DNA of 64,000 nt, from assembly GCA_944350315.1 (NCBI GenBank), contig CALVON010000039.1:48-64047 (forward strand). The letters are read 5' to 3'. The translations under genes and the position numbers were made by a program. The notes under the pieces are model-generated. The model ran no database searches. It saw nothing but the letters and a program-made list of their open reading frames with translations, and was not told the origin of the DNA. The stretch is from an uncultured Bacilli bacterium (GTDB lineage: Bacteria > Bacillota_I > Bacilli_A > RF39 > UBA660). Every line of letters begins with the position of its first letter. Within the stretch, counting starts at the first letter, position 1. Of the stretch, positions 22,859-31,675 are shown piece by piece.

Positions 22859-24145
22859 TTAATTTAACTTAAACGATTTTTTGACATAGTAAACGTGTTG
22901 AATAGTAACATATATTATATTAACAATACTCGCAATTACAAATCCCCAAATACCAATAAAAATAGGCAAAATTAATAATAATATATTCTTGATAATAGCA
23001 CCTACTAAAGTACCAATCATCGCTTCCTTTGCCTGATTAACTGCTTGCATATATGATGTTAATGGACCTTGAATATAATGAAGCAAAAAGAAAGGTGCTA
23101 CAAATTTAACATAATTATCCCCGAAATTAGTATTATAAATAAAGTGAAGAAGTTCTTTTGGAAAAATCATAAATATCAGTGTAAAAAAAACTCCTATACC
23201 TAAAGAAAAAGATATTGCTTGTTTAAGTTTTCTTTTAGTGTAATTATAATTTCCCCTTGCATAATTATTTGAAATAACGGGAAGTAAAGATGTCGAAATA
23301 GCCATTGTAAAAAAAGAAGGAATAAGTAAAAGTGGAAAAACATACCCACCAATTACCCCATATTCAAAAACTATATAATCATTACTATACCCAATGCTAG
23401 TTAATATAAAGGTAAGAATAATTGGCTCTAAAAAATAAGAAATAGAACCAATTAGTCTACTACCAGTAGCAGATAATGAAACATTTAAAACATCCTTAAA
23501 TGACTCCTTACAAAATTTAAAATCATTAAAATTTATTTTTTTATCAGGTATAAATAAAATAAGACAAATGATTGAAGAAAATTCACTTACTACATTTATT
23601 AATACGACACCCAAAATAGCAATATTGACTCCAAATTCAAGTAGGTTAGGTATTAAAAAAATTATTAAAAATAATCTCACTAACTGTTCTAAAATATTAG
23701 ATACTACATAGGGCATCATATTTTCTTTTCCATAAAAATATCCTTTTAAAATATTTGAAATACATATAAAAGGTAAAGTAAAACTAATACCCATAATTGG
23801 ATAATATGCTAAACTATTATTAAGTAAATTATTAGCAATATAAGGAGCAAACAGTATCAAAATAATCATTAATCCAAAATTATATAATAAACTAATTGGA
23901 ATTAATGGTAAAATAACTTTTTTTCCTGATTGCTTTTTAGCAACTAAATTACTTATTGCAGTAGATAGTGATAAAGTACAAAGAGTAATAAATAAATTAA
24001 AAGTAGGGAGTACTAACATATATAGACCAATTCCAGCATCTCCGACGCTTCTAGTTAAAAATATTTTAATAACCATTGCCAAAATTTTAGTAATTAATCC
24101 CCCTAATATTAAAATAAGTGTAGATTTAATAAATTTATTTTTCAT
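22859..24145 (-). CDS. MOP-superfamily flippase, SpoVB/MurJ-like
   Basis: The N-terminus FIKSTLILILGGLITKILAMVIKIFLTRSVGDAGIGLYMLVLPTFNLF is collinear with B. subtilis SpoVB. 428 aa, polytopic. Confidence 0.7.
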   Translation of the reverse strand: MKNKFIKSTLILILGGLITKILAMVIKIFLTRSVGDAGIGLYMLVLPTFNLFITLCTLSLSTAISNLVAKKQSGKKVILPLIPISLLYNFGLMIILILFAPYIANNLLNNSLAYYPIMGISFTLPFICISNILKGYFYGKENMMPYVVSNILEQLVRLFLIIFLIPNLLEFGVNIAILGVVLINVVSEFSSIICLILFIPDKKINFNDFKFCKESFKDVLNVSLSATGSRLIGSISYFLEPIILTFILTSIGYSNDYIVFEYGVIGGYVFPLLLIPSFFTMAISTSLLPVISNNYARGNYNYTKRKLKQAISFSLGIGVFFTLIFMIFPKELLHFIYNTNFGDNYVKFVAPFFLLHYIQGPLTSYMQAVNQAKEAMIGTLVGAIIKNILLLILPIFIGIWGFVIASIVNIIYVTIQHVYYVKKSFKLN

Positions 24146-24214
24146 AATAAAATATATGTTTTTGTAAAATAATTATTTATATTGTGATATAATTAAACAA
24201 AGGAAAGTGATATT

Positions 24215-25519
24215 ATGTACCATTTTATTGGTATTAAAGGAGCAGGAATGAGCTCTTTAGCAGTAATTATGAAACAATTAGGTTATGATGTTCAAGGAAG
24301 TGATATTGCAAAGCATTTCTTTACTGAAGAAGAATTAATAAAAAACAATATTAAAATAACTAATTATAATGAAAATAACATTAAAGACGAGTTAATAATA
24401 ATTAAAGGATTATCGATAACTGAAGATAATATTGAATTAATTGAATCCAAAAAAAGAAATTTGCAAATTATAGATTATAATGAAATGGTGGGTCTATTGA
24501 CAAAAAAATTTAAAACTATTTGTATTGCTGGCTGTCATGGAAAAACAACAACAACCTCAATGATCTCTCATGTGCTAGACCAAATTATTGGCATAAACTA
24601 TTTAATTGGTGATGGAACAGGACACGCTAAAAAAGACAATAATTATTTTGCCTTAGAAAGTTGTGAATATAAAAGACATTTTTTAAAATACACGCCTTAT
24701 TATGCAGTTATTTTAAATATTGATTTAGACCATGTGGATTATTTTAAAAATATTGAAGACATTATAAGTGCATATGAAGAATTTGCTAATTCTTCCACTA
24801 AAATGGTAATAGCATGCGGTGATGATGAAAATGTAAAGAAAATGAATTTAGTAAAGAAAGTAGTTTATTTTGGATTACATGAAGACAATGATATAAAAGC
24901 TACCAATATTTCTTATAATCAAGATGGAACAGTATTTGATGTATACATTAACAATATTTTATATGGTCACTTTGATTTACCTATCTTTGGAAAACATCAA
25001 TTATTAGACGCTCTAGCAACTATTAGTGTTTGTTATTATGAAAGTATTTCTTCAAAAGAAGTTAATAATAATTTATCGACTTTTACTGGAGCCAAAAGAA
25101 GATTTGCAGAAACCAAAGTAGGTGATTGCATCATAATAGATGACTATGCACATCACCCAAATGAAATAAGTTCAACAATTAACGCAATAAAACAAAAATA
25201 TCCTGATAAATTAATTATTTCCATTTTTCAACCACATACATTCTCAAGAACAGAAGAATTTGCTAATGATATTGCAAATGCTTTATCAAAAACAGATTTT
25301 GCATATATTTTAGATATTCACCCTGCAAGAGAAAAACAAGAAGATTATCCTAAAATTACCAAAGATTTAATTATTAACAAAATGCATAATGGATATCCAA
25401 TCACTATAGAAGACGCCAATATACTTAATAAATATCATAATGCTGTCTTTATCTTTATGTCCCCAAATGATATTTCACAAATAGAAAATGAATTAATTAA
25501 TTTAAAGCAAAAAAATTAA
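24215..25519 (+). CDS. murC: UDP-N-acetylmuramate--L-alanine ligase
   Basis: HFIGIKGAGMSSLA, then GCHGKTTTTSM (P-loop). 434 aa. Confidence 0.93.
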   Translation: MYHFIGIKGAGMSSLAVIMKQLGYDVQGSDIAKHFFTEEELIKNNIKITNYNENNIKDELIIIKGLSITEDNIELIESKKRNLQIIDYNEMVGLLTKKFKTICIAGCHGKTTTTSMISHVLDQIIGINYLIGDGTGHAKKDNNYFALESCEYKRHFLKYTPYYAVILNIDLDHVDYFKNIEDIISAYEEFANSSTKMVIACGDDENVKKMNLVKKVVYFGLHEDNDIKATNISYNQDGTVFDVYINNILYGHFDLPIFGKHQLLDALATISVCYYESISSKEVNNNLSTFTGAKRRFAETKVGDCIIIDDYAHHPNEISSTINAIKQKYPDKLIISIFQPHTFSRTEEFANDIANALSKTDFAYILDIHPAREKQEDYPKITKDLIINKMHNGYPITIEDANILNKYHNAVFIFMSPNDISQIENELINLKQKN

Positions 25520-25540
25520 TAAGATAAAAAATTAGAAAAA

Positions 25541-25575
25541 AGTATTTTATGAAAAAGTAAAATGCTTTTTTTTTT
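25541..25575 (+). terminator. rho-independent terminator after murC
   Basis: AGTATTTTA-tgaaaaag-TAAAATGCT (one G:U pair), then T10. Confidence 0.65.
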
Positions 25576-25604
25576 AGAATAATACTAGTGAGGAGGTGAT
25601 AAGG

Positions 25605-27686
25605 ATGCAAAAAAAATATATTGTTCTTCAAGATGGAATAAAAGAATGTGGTAGTGCTTGCCTTTTGTCCATTATTAGATATTATCAAGGTAATATTTCG
25701 ATGAACAGATTATTAGAAATGACTAACACTAATAAAGATGGAACTAATTTTTATTATTTAAGTAAGGCCGCTAATGAAATCGGATTGTCATCAAAAGGAT
25801 ATAAAATAGAAAGTATAAAAGAATGTCAATATTTTGAATTTCCATTTATTAGTCAAGTACTTGTTAACCATTGTACTCATTTTGTTGTAGTATACAAAAT
25901 AAAAAATAATAAGTTAACAATAATGGATCCAGCTAAAGGAATGGTTACAATGTCAAATAGTGACTTTGAAAGCATTTTTACCGGTAATATTTTACTATTA
26001 GAACCAATTAAAAAATTACCAGTATATGCTGAAAATAATTATCTCATAGAAATAATTAAAAACGTTATAACTAGTAATAAGAACATTATAATTAAATTAT
26101 TTTCTTTAACATTTATTGTAACTATTTTAACCTGTATTTATAGTTATCACTTTAAAATAATTATTGATAATGCGATTAATACAAATAAATTTAATATATT
26201 AATAATTACTATTATTTTTGTTATAATTCTTTCTACTAATAAAATAATTGAATATTTAAGAAATAATCTTTTACTATATTTAAATCAAAAACTTGATTTA
26301 TCAATAATTATTACTACCATAAATAAAATAATATCACTTCCTTATAGTTATTATAAAAATAAAACAACTGGTGAAATAATTTCTAGAGTAAATGATTTAC
26401 TACATATAAAAAATGTTGTATCAAAGATAATAGTCATAATCTTTTTAGATACAATATTATCATTAGTAGTTCTCATTATTCTATTTAAAATTAATACAAC
26501 CATGACTTTATTGTTAATATTAATAACTATCATTTATTTACTGATCTATTTGACTTTTAAAAATAGTATTAAAAATCATACAAATACTATTCAAGAAAGT
26601 AATGCCAAAGTAAATTCGCTTTTAGTTGAATCGATAAGCAGTTATGAAACAATCAAAGGGTTAAATTTAGAAGATAATTTTAAGAAGAAACTAAATAAAG
26701 AATATTTAAATACCATAAACAATAATCTATCATTGATAAATCTTACTAATTCGGAATCTTTAGTTAAAGATATTTTAGAAGGTGTAATACTTTTATTTAT
26801 GACATATGTAGGTTCAGTCTCTATTATGAATAATAATTTATCAATAGGTAGTTTGATTACTTATAACATGCTGTTAAACTACTATTTGAATCCGCTTAGA
26901 AATTATTTAGAAATATATAAAGAAATATTTTATGTAAAAAATAGTATAAAAAATATTAATAATATATTAAATTATAAATATGAAAGTTTAGACAAATCAA
27001 GTAATTTATTATTAGAAGGAGAAATTAATATTAAAAATTTAAATTTTAGTTATAACAGTAAGAATAAAATCTTAAATAATGTCTCAATAAAAATTCCTAA
27101 GCAAAATAAAGTATTAATAATTGGTTCTTCAGGTAGTGGGAAATCCACATTATTAAAAATATTAAATAAATACCATATTGTTAGTAGGGATAAAATTTAT
27201 TATGAGAAATATGATATTAACGATTTTACTATAAAAGATATAAGAAAAAACATAACCTATATATCTCAAAATGAACTGCTATACACAGCTACAATAAGAG
27301 AAAATATTATTTTAGATAGGGATATAGATGAGAAAGAGTTTATAGAAGTATGTAATTTAACATATGTATCAGATATTGTAAATGATAAAGAAGTTTCTTA
27401 CGATTATCAACTAGAAGAAAATGGCGTAAATTTATCAGGTGGACAAAGGCAAAGAATTGTATTAGCTAGATCTTTATTAAAAGAATCAAATATTATTTTA
27501 ATAGATGAAGGGTTGAATGAGATAGATATAAATTTAGAAAGAAAAATCCTTAAAAATATTTTTAAAAGGTGCAAGGATAAAACAATTATAATTGTATCAC
27601 ATCGACTAGATAATATGGACTTATATGATATGGTAGTCAAATTAGAAAAAGGTGAAATAAAGGAAGTTTTGAAAAAAAATGAATGA
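25605..27686 (+). CDS. bacteriocin-type ABC exporter with an N-terminal C39 peptidase domain
   Basis: C39 catalytic pattern QDGIKECGSACL, HFVVVY, MDPAKG. Six-TM block. Walker A GSSGSGKST, signature LSGGQRQR, Walker B ILIDE, H-loop VSHR. AGGAGG lies 8 nt before the ATG at 25605. Confidence 0.9.
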   Translation: MQKKYIVLQDGIKECGSACLLSIIRYYQGNISMNRLLEMTNTNKDGTNFYYLSKAANEIGLSSKGYKIESIKECQYFEFPFISQVLVNHCTHFVVVYKIKNNKLTIMDPAKGMVTMSNSDFESIFTGNILLLEPIKKLPVYAENNYLIEIIKNVITSNKNIIIKLFSLTFIVTILTCIYSYHFKIIIDNAINTNKFNILIITIIFVIILSTNKIIEYLRNNLLLYLNQKLDLSIIITTINKIISLPYSYYKNKTTGEIISRVNDLLHIKNVVSKIIVIIFLDTILSLVVLIILFKINTTMTLLLILITIIYLLIYLTFKNSIKNHTNTIQESNAKVNSLLVESISSYETIKGLNLEDNFKKKLNKEYLNTINNNLSLINLTNSESLVKDILEGVILLFMTYVGSVSIMNNNLSIGSLITYNMLLNYYLNPLRNYLEIYKEIFYVKNSIKNINNILNYKYESLDKSSNLLLEGEINIKNLNFSYNSKNKILNNVSIKIPKQNKVLIIGSSGSGKSTLLKILNKYHIVSRDKIYYEKYDINDFTIKDIRKNITYISQNELLYTATIRENIILDRDIDEKEFIEVCNLTYVSDIVNDKEVSYDYQLEENGVNLSGGQRQRIVLARSLLKESNIILIDEGLNEIDINLERKILKNIFKRCKDKTIIIVSHRLDNMDLYDMVVKLEKGEIKEVLKKNE

Positions 27687-28098
27687 TATATTAGATATTG
27701 AAATTATATTAAAAAGAAAAAAATATAGTTCCATATATAATGTTGGAATTATATTAATTATTATCTTTTTAATAATAGTTTATATTCTATTTACATATCA
27801 ATATCAAACATATTATATATCGAAAGGAAAAGTTTTAGACAACAAACTAGAATTGATAGTAGATGTTAATGATATAAAATATATAAAAAACAACTCACTT
27901 ATTAAATTAGATGATACATACTATAATTATTCAATAGAAAAAATAGGCGAAGAATTAATTATAGATAACTTATATAACAATTATCAATACGTCTATTTAG
28001 AAGTTGATGGATTAAAAGAAAAAGATAATTATGTTTATCAAATTAAAATACCTAAAGAAAAGCAGATACTAGCGAAATACTTAAAAAAATATTTTTAA
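27679..28098 (+). CDS. small membrane-anchored accessory protein of the exporter (function inferred)
   Basis: ATGA overlap with the ABC gene stop suggests translational coupling. One N-terminal TM and a beta-rich domain of about 90 aa. Much shorter than HlyD/LcnD-type accessory proteins. Confidence 0.55.
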   Translation: MNDILDIEIILKRKKYSSIYNVGIILIIIFLIIVYILFTYQYQTYYISKGKVLDNKLELIVDVNDIKYIKNNSLIKLDDTYYNYSIEKIGEELIIDNLYNNYQYVYLEVDGLKEKDNYVYQIKIPKEKQILAKYLKKYF

Positions 28099-28109
28099 AG
28101 GGAGGATAA

Positions 28110-28247
28110 ATGGAATTAAGCAAAGAACAAATGTACCAAGTAAATGGTGGAATTGCTTGGGGAATAATCGCTGGGTTAGCAACTGCATTAGTATATATAG
28201 TAGGATGCTTTAGTGGTTATACTAATCCAACAAAATGCAATAATTAA
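28110..28247 (+). CDS. double-glycine leader peptide 1 (class II bacteriocin precursor candidate), 45 aa
   Basis: Own translation: MELSKEQMYQVNGG/IAWGIIAGLATALVYIVGCFSGYTNPTKCNN. GGGAGG RBS 5 nt upstream. Not in the ORF track. Confidence 0.8.
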   Translation: MELSKEQMYQVNGGIAWGIIAGLATALVYIVGCFSGYTNPTKCNN

Positions 28248-28261
28248 TAAAAGGAGGAAAT

Positions 28262-28426
28262 ATGGAACTTAAAAAAAATCAAATGGAACTAATTACTGGT
28301 GGTTCAATAACATCAGCCTGGGTAAATGCTATTTCAAAAGCCATTAACACAATATACGAATTGGGAAGACAAACTGGAAGTGCTTTAAGAAGAATTGTTA
28401 GTGGCTCATATTGCCCTATAAACTGA
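28262..28426 (+). CDS. double-glycine leader peptide 2 (class II bacteriocin precursor candidate), 54 aa
   Basis: Own translation: MELKKNQMELITGG/SITSAWVNAISKAINTIYELGRQTGSALRRIVSGSYCPIN. AGGAGG RBS. Not in the ORF track. Confidence 0.8.
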   Translation: MELKKNQMELITGGSITSAWVNAISKAINTIYELGRQTGSALRRIVSGSYCPIN

Positions 28427-28461
28427 TATTTATATAAAAAAAGTAATCAAACAAATACGTT

Positions 28462-28484
28462 AAAAAGGCTTTTGCCTTTTTTTC
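28462..28484 (+). terminator. rho-independent terminator closing the bacteriocin operon
   Basis: AAAAAGGC-tttt-GCCTTTTT plus further Ts. Confidence 0.7.
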
Positions 28485-28513
28485 TTGAAAAAAAAAGCTA
28501 TATTTGTTAAAAT
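28485..28513 (+). promoter_or_regulatory. sigma-A type promoter
   Basis: TTGAAA, 17 nt, TAAAAT. Lies directly after the terminator and upstream of the ATG at 28538. Confidence 0.5.
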
Positions 28514-28537
28514 ATAATAAAGTAAGCAGGGATTGGT

Positions 28538-29953
28538 ATGAGGAAACAAGAAAACTTATTTAAATTAATAAATATAGTAACAATTATTTTATTTTATTAT
28601 ATAACAAAAGAGCGTAGTATATTTCCATATATTTTATCTTTTAGTTTATATAATATCTTTTCAACCAGCTTTAGTAATTTTTCTTTTTCAGAAAAGATGG
28701 ATGATTATAACAAAAGAAAACATTTAAAAATTCTTACTCTATTTATAAGTATTATTGGTCTGTTATTTTTGCTTTTATCAATTTTTATAAGCGACATATC
28801 AAGTTCTATTTTAAACACAAACGAAATGTTTTTAACATTTGCTTTTATGGGAATATCGACCATATGTAATCCGATTGTAAATACATTAATTTCATATTTA
28901 AAATCTACTAAAAGAATTAATAAGAGCAATATAATATACAATATATATAGATATTTAGAAATATTTTTATTCTTACTTATAAGCGTCATAGTATTTAGAA
29001 TGCTTGACTTAAGTTCAGATATTAGCTGTGCCTTATTATATATGTCCAAAATAATTAGTGCAGCAATAGTTATCTTTATTACACTACCTACAATCAAAAA
29101 AGATAGAAAAAAAATATCAACAAATTCAATGTATAAATATAATTACAAACTAGAATTAAGAAAAATATTGACAAAAAGCAATTCTAAAAGTATCATTAAT
29201 ATAGTCCAAAATAGTTATTATTATATTTCGATTATAATTGTTTATTTTGTATTAAGTACAAGATATGATTATGCAATTAATATCATTGAAAATAATATAA
29301 TATTTATATATTTTTATCTTATAATTATGATGAACTATAGCATTGATATTATTAATTATATTAAAGAAAAAAATATTAAAATGAAAAATATTACGAATGA
29401 TATATACTTAACTTTAAAGGTAATCTTACCACTTGCCATAATTAATAGTATTATTTCACCACTAATATGTAAAATTATTTTTAATGCTCCAGAAAATTCA
29501 ATTTATTTAACAATGATTAGTTTTATGAGCATTTTTGTAATTTTATATAATACAACTGCTAGTAATATTAAGACTAAAAAAATTATAAATATAAGCTTGT
29601 TTATTGGCCTTATATGTAAAATAATAACAACAGTTCCCCTTATAAATGCTTTTTATAGAATGGGATACAATTTAATATATGGTGATATATCAAGTACTAT
29701 TCTAAGTATGTTAATCACTATTATTATAAATTATATGGCATCCAACAATAAATCACTTATAAAAGATAAATATCTAGATAAAATATTAAATACTTTATAT
29801 GAGAATATTATATTAGCAATTATCTTAATAGTTTTGGAATTTATAATTCCTATAGATACAACTAGTTATATAAAGTCTCTTTTGCTGATAATTCCATATA
29901 TACTTGTAAGTATAAGTTTTTTCAGAATAAAATATAGAGTAGAAAAGAGGTAA
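28538..29953 (+). CDS. divergent polytopic membrane protein (MOP/flippase-like topology, uncertain)
   Basis: 471 aa with about 12-14 hydrophobic segments. No conserved motif recognised. Confidence 0.35.
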   Translation: MRKQENLFKLINIVTIILFYYITKERSIFPYILSFSLYNIFSTSFSNFSFSEKMDDYNKRKHLKILTLFISIIGLLFLLLSIFISDISSSILNTNEMFLTFAFMGISTICNPIVNTLISYLKSTKRINKSNIIYNIYRYLEIFLFLLISVIVFRMLDLSSDISCALLYMSKIISAAIVIFITLPTIKKDRKKISTNSMYKYNYKLELRKILTKSNSKSIINIVQNSYYYISIIIVYFVLSTRYDYAINIIENNIIFIYFYLIIMMNYSIDIINYIKEKNIKMKNITNDIYLTLKVILPLAIINSIISPLICKIIFNAPENSIYLTMISFMSIFVILYNTTASNIKTKKIINISLFIGLICKIITTVPLINAFYRMGYNLIYGDISSTILSMLITIIINYMASNNKSLIKDKYLDKILNTLYENIILAIILIVLEFIIPIDTTSYIKSLLLIIPYILVSISFFRIKYRVEKR

Positions 29954-29955
29954 AA

Positions 29956-31569
29956 ATGGAAAAAATATATGTTTTTGGACATCGTAACCCAGATACCGAT
30001 AGTGTTACTGCGGCTATAACAATGTCATATCTTAAAAGAAAACAAGGATTTAATGCAATACCTGTAATTTTAAGTTCTATTTCCAAAGAAACATCATATG
30101 CTCTTAACTATTTTAAAGTAAAAGAGCCTATGTTCTTAAATGATGTAAAATTGAAAGTAAAAGATTTAGATTACTCAAAAGGTTATATGGCCACAACTGA
30201 CATTTCAATATATGAGGCATATAAAAAAATGGTAGCAGAAGGAATTAGCAAAATTCCTATTGTTGACAGAGATAAAAAAATAATTGGAATTGTTAGTATG
30301 AAAGATATTGCTGAAGAGTGCTTATCAGGAGATTATTCAAAAATAGATACATCATATAAAAACATTTTAGTTTCTATAGATGGTGAAAAAATATTAAAAT
30401 ATGATAACTATATTAAAGGTAGACTTATAATACCTGGATATCGTTCTACAACATTTATAAATGAGGTTGAATTAAAAGATACTGATATTTTAATAACTGG
30501 TAATAGATATAGTATTATTGAATATGCAATTAGATCAAAAGTTAAATTGATAGTAGTAACAAATAATCAAGAAATACAAAAAGAACACTTAAAAATAGCA
30601 AAAGACAATAAAGTAAATATAATAAGAACAAAATATAGTACTCTAGATACTATTAAAAAATTTAATTTTTGTAATAATGTAGGAACTATTATTAATACTA
30701 CTAAGATACATACAGTTAATGAAAATGAAGATTTAAGTAATTTTATTTCAGCAGCTGAAAAGACAAAATATACATACTATCCAATTGTTGATAATGAAAA
30801 AAAATGTCTTGGAATTATAAAATTTGCTAATGTCGGATATCATAATAAAAAGAAAGTTATTCTAGTAGATCATAATTCTTATGAACAATCAGCAATAGGT
30901 CTGACAGAATCAGATATTTTGGAGATAGTTGATCATCATAATATTTCTAATATTGGAACGACTCATCCAATTAATTTTAGGAATATGCCTGTAGGAAGTA
31001 CTAACACTATAATATATCAAATGTATAAAGAAAATAATATAAAAATTCCTAAAAATATGGCTGGATTAATGTTATCGGGAATATTATCAGATACATTAAT
31101 ATTAAATTCTCCAACAACTACTAATATCGATAAAGATGCTGTTAATAATTTAGCTCGAATTGCTAATGTAGATTATAAAAAGTATGGCTTTGATATGATT
31201 TCCTATGGTACAAAATTACAAGGAAAAACCAAAGAAGAGATTTTATATACAGATTTCAAAAAATATCCAACAGAAGAAGGCTTAATAGGGTTAGGTCAAA
31301 TTTACACTACTAATATTACAGAAATTGAAGATGAAAAAGAAGAATATATTAGTTTATTAAATAACATTACAAAAATGAATGAATATAAATTTATAGCTTT
31401 ATTTGTAACAGATATAATAAAAAACGGAACATATGTATATTTTAGTAATGATGCTAGAGAAATATTAGAAAAAGCCTTTAACACTGAAATAAAACAAGGG
31501 ACTTATTTACAAGGCGTCCTTTCAAGAAAAATGCAAATATTACCTAGTATTTTAGATATTATGAATTAA
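29956..31569 (+). CDS. CBS-domain-containing family II (DHH/DHHA2) inorganic pyrophosphatase
   Basis: FGHRNPDTDSV, VDHNS, VDHHN (DHH motifs), an inserted CBS pair (aa ~70-300) and a C-terminal DHHA2. Confidence 0.85.
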   Translation: MEKIYVFGHRNPDTDSVTAAITMSYLKRKQGFNAIPVILSSISKETSYALNYFKVKEPMFLNDVKLKVKDLDYSKGYMATTDISIYEAYKKMVAEGISKIPIVDRDKKIIGIVSMKDIAEECLSGDYSKIDTSYKNILVSIDGEKILKYDNYIKGRLIIPGYRSTTFINEVELKDTDILITGNRYSIIEYAIRSKVKLIVVTNNQEIQKEHLKIAKDNKVNIIRTKYSTLDTIKKFNFCNNVGTIINTTKIHTVNENEDLSNFISAAEKTKYTYYPIVDNEKKCLGIIKFANVGYHNKKKVILVDHNSYEQSAIGLTESDILEIVDHHNISNIGTTHPINFRNMPVGSTNTIIYQMYKENNIKIPKNMAGLMLSGILSDTLILNSPTTTNIDKDAVNNLARIANVDYKKYGFDMISYGTKLQGKTKEEILYTDFKKYPTEEGLIGLGQIYTTNITEIEDEKEEYISLLNNITKMNEYKFIALFVTDIIKNGTYVYFSNDAREILEKAFNTEIKQGTYLQGVLSRKMQILPSILDIMN

Positions 31570-31596
31570 ACTAGATCAAATGATCTAGTTTGTTTT
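31569..31596 (+). terminator. rho-independent terminator
   Basis: AACTAGATCA/TGATCTAGTT palindrome, then TGTTTT. Confidence 0.65.
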
Positions 31597-31625
31597 CAAA
31601 TATATATTTTTTTTGCTTATATTAC

Positions 31626-31654
31626 TTGAAAAATATTTTTTAATTAGATATAAT
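31626..31654 (+). promoter_or_regulatory. near-consensus sigma-A promoter of ackA
   Basis: TTGAAA (31626-31631), 17 nt, TATAAT (31649-31654). Confidence 0.65.
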
Positions 31655-31675
31655 TACTAAAGAAAGAGGTGTAAC

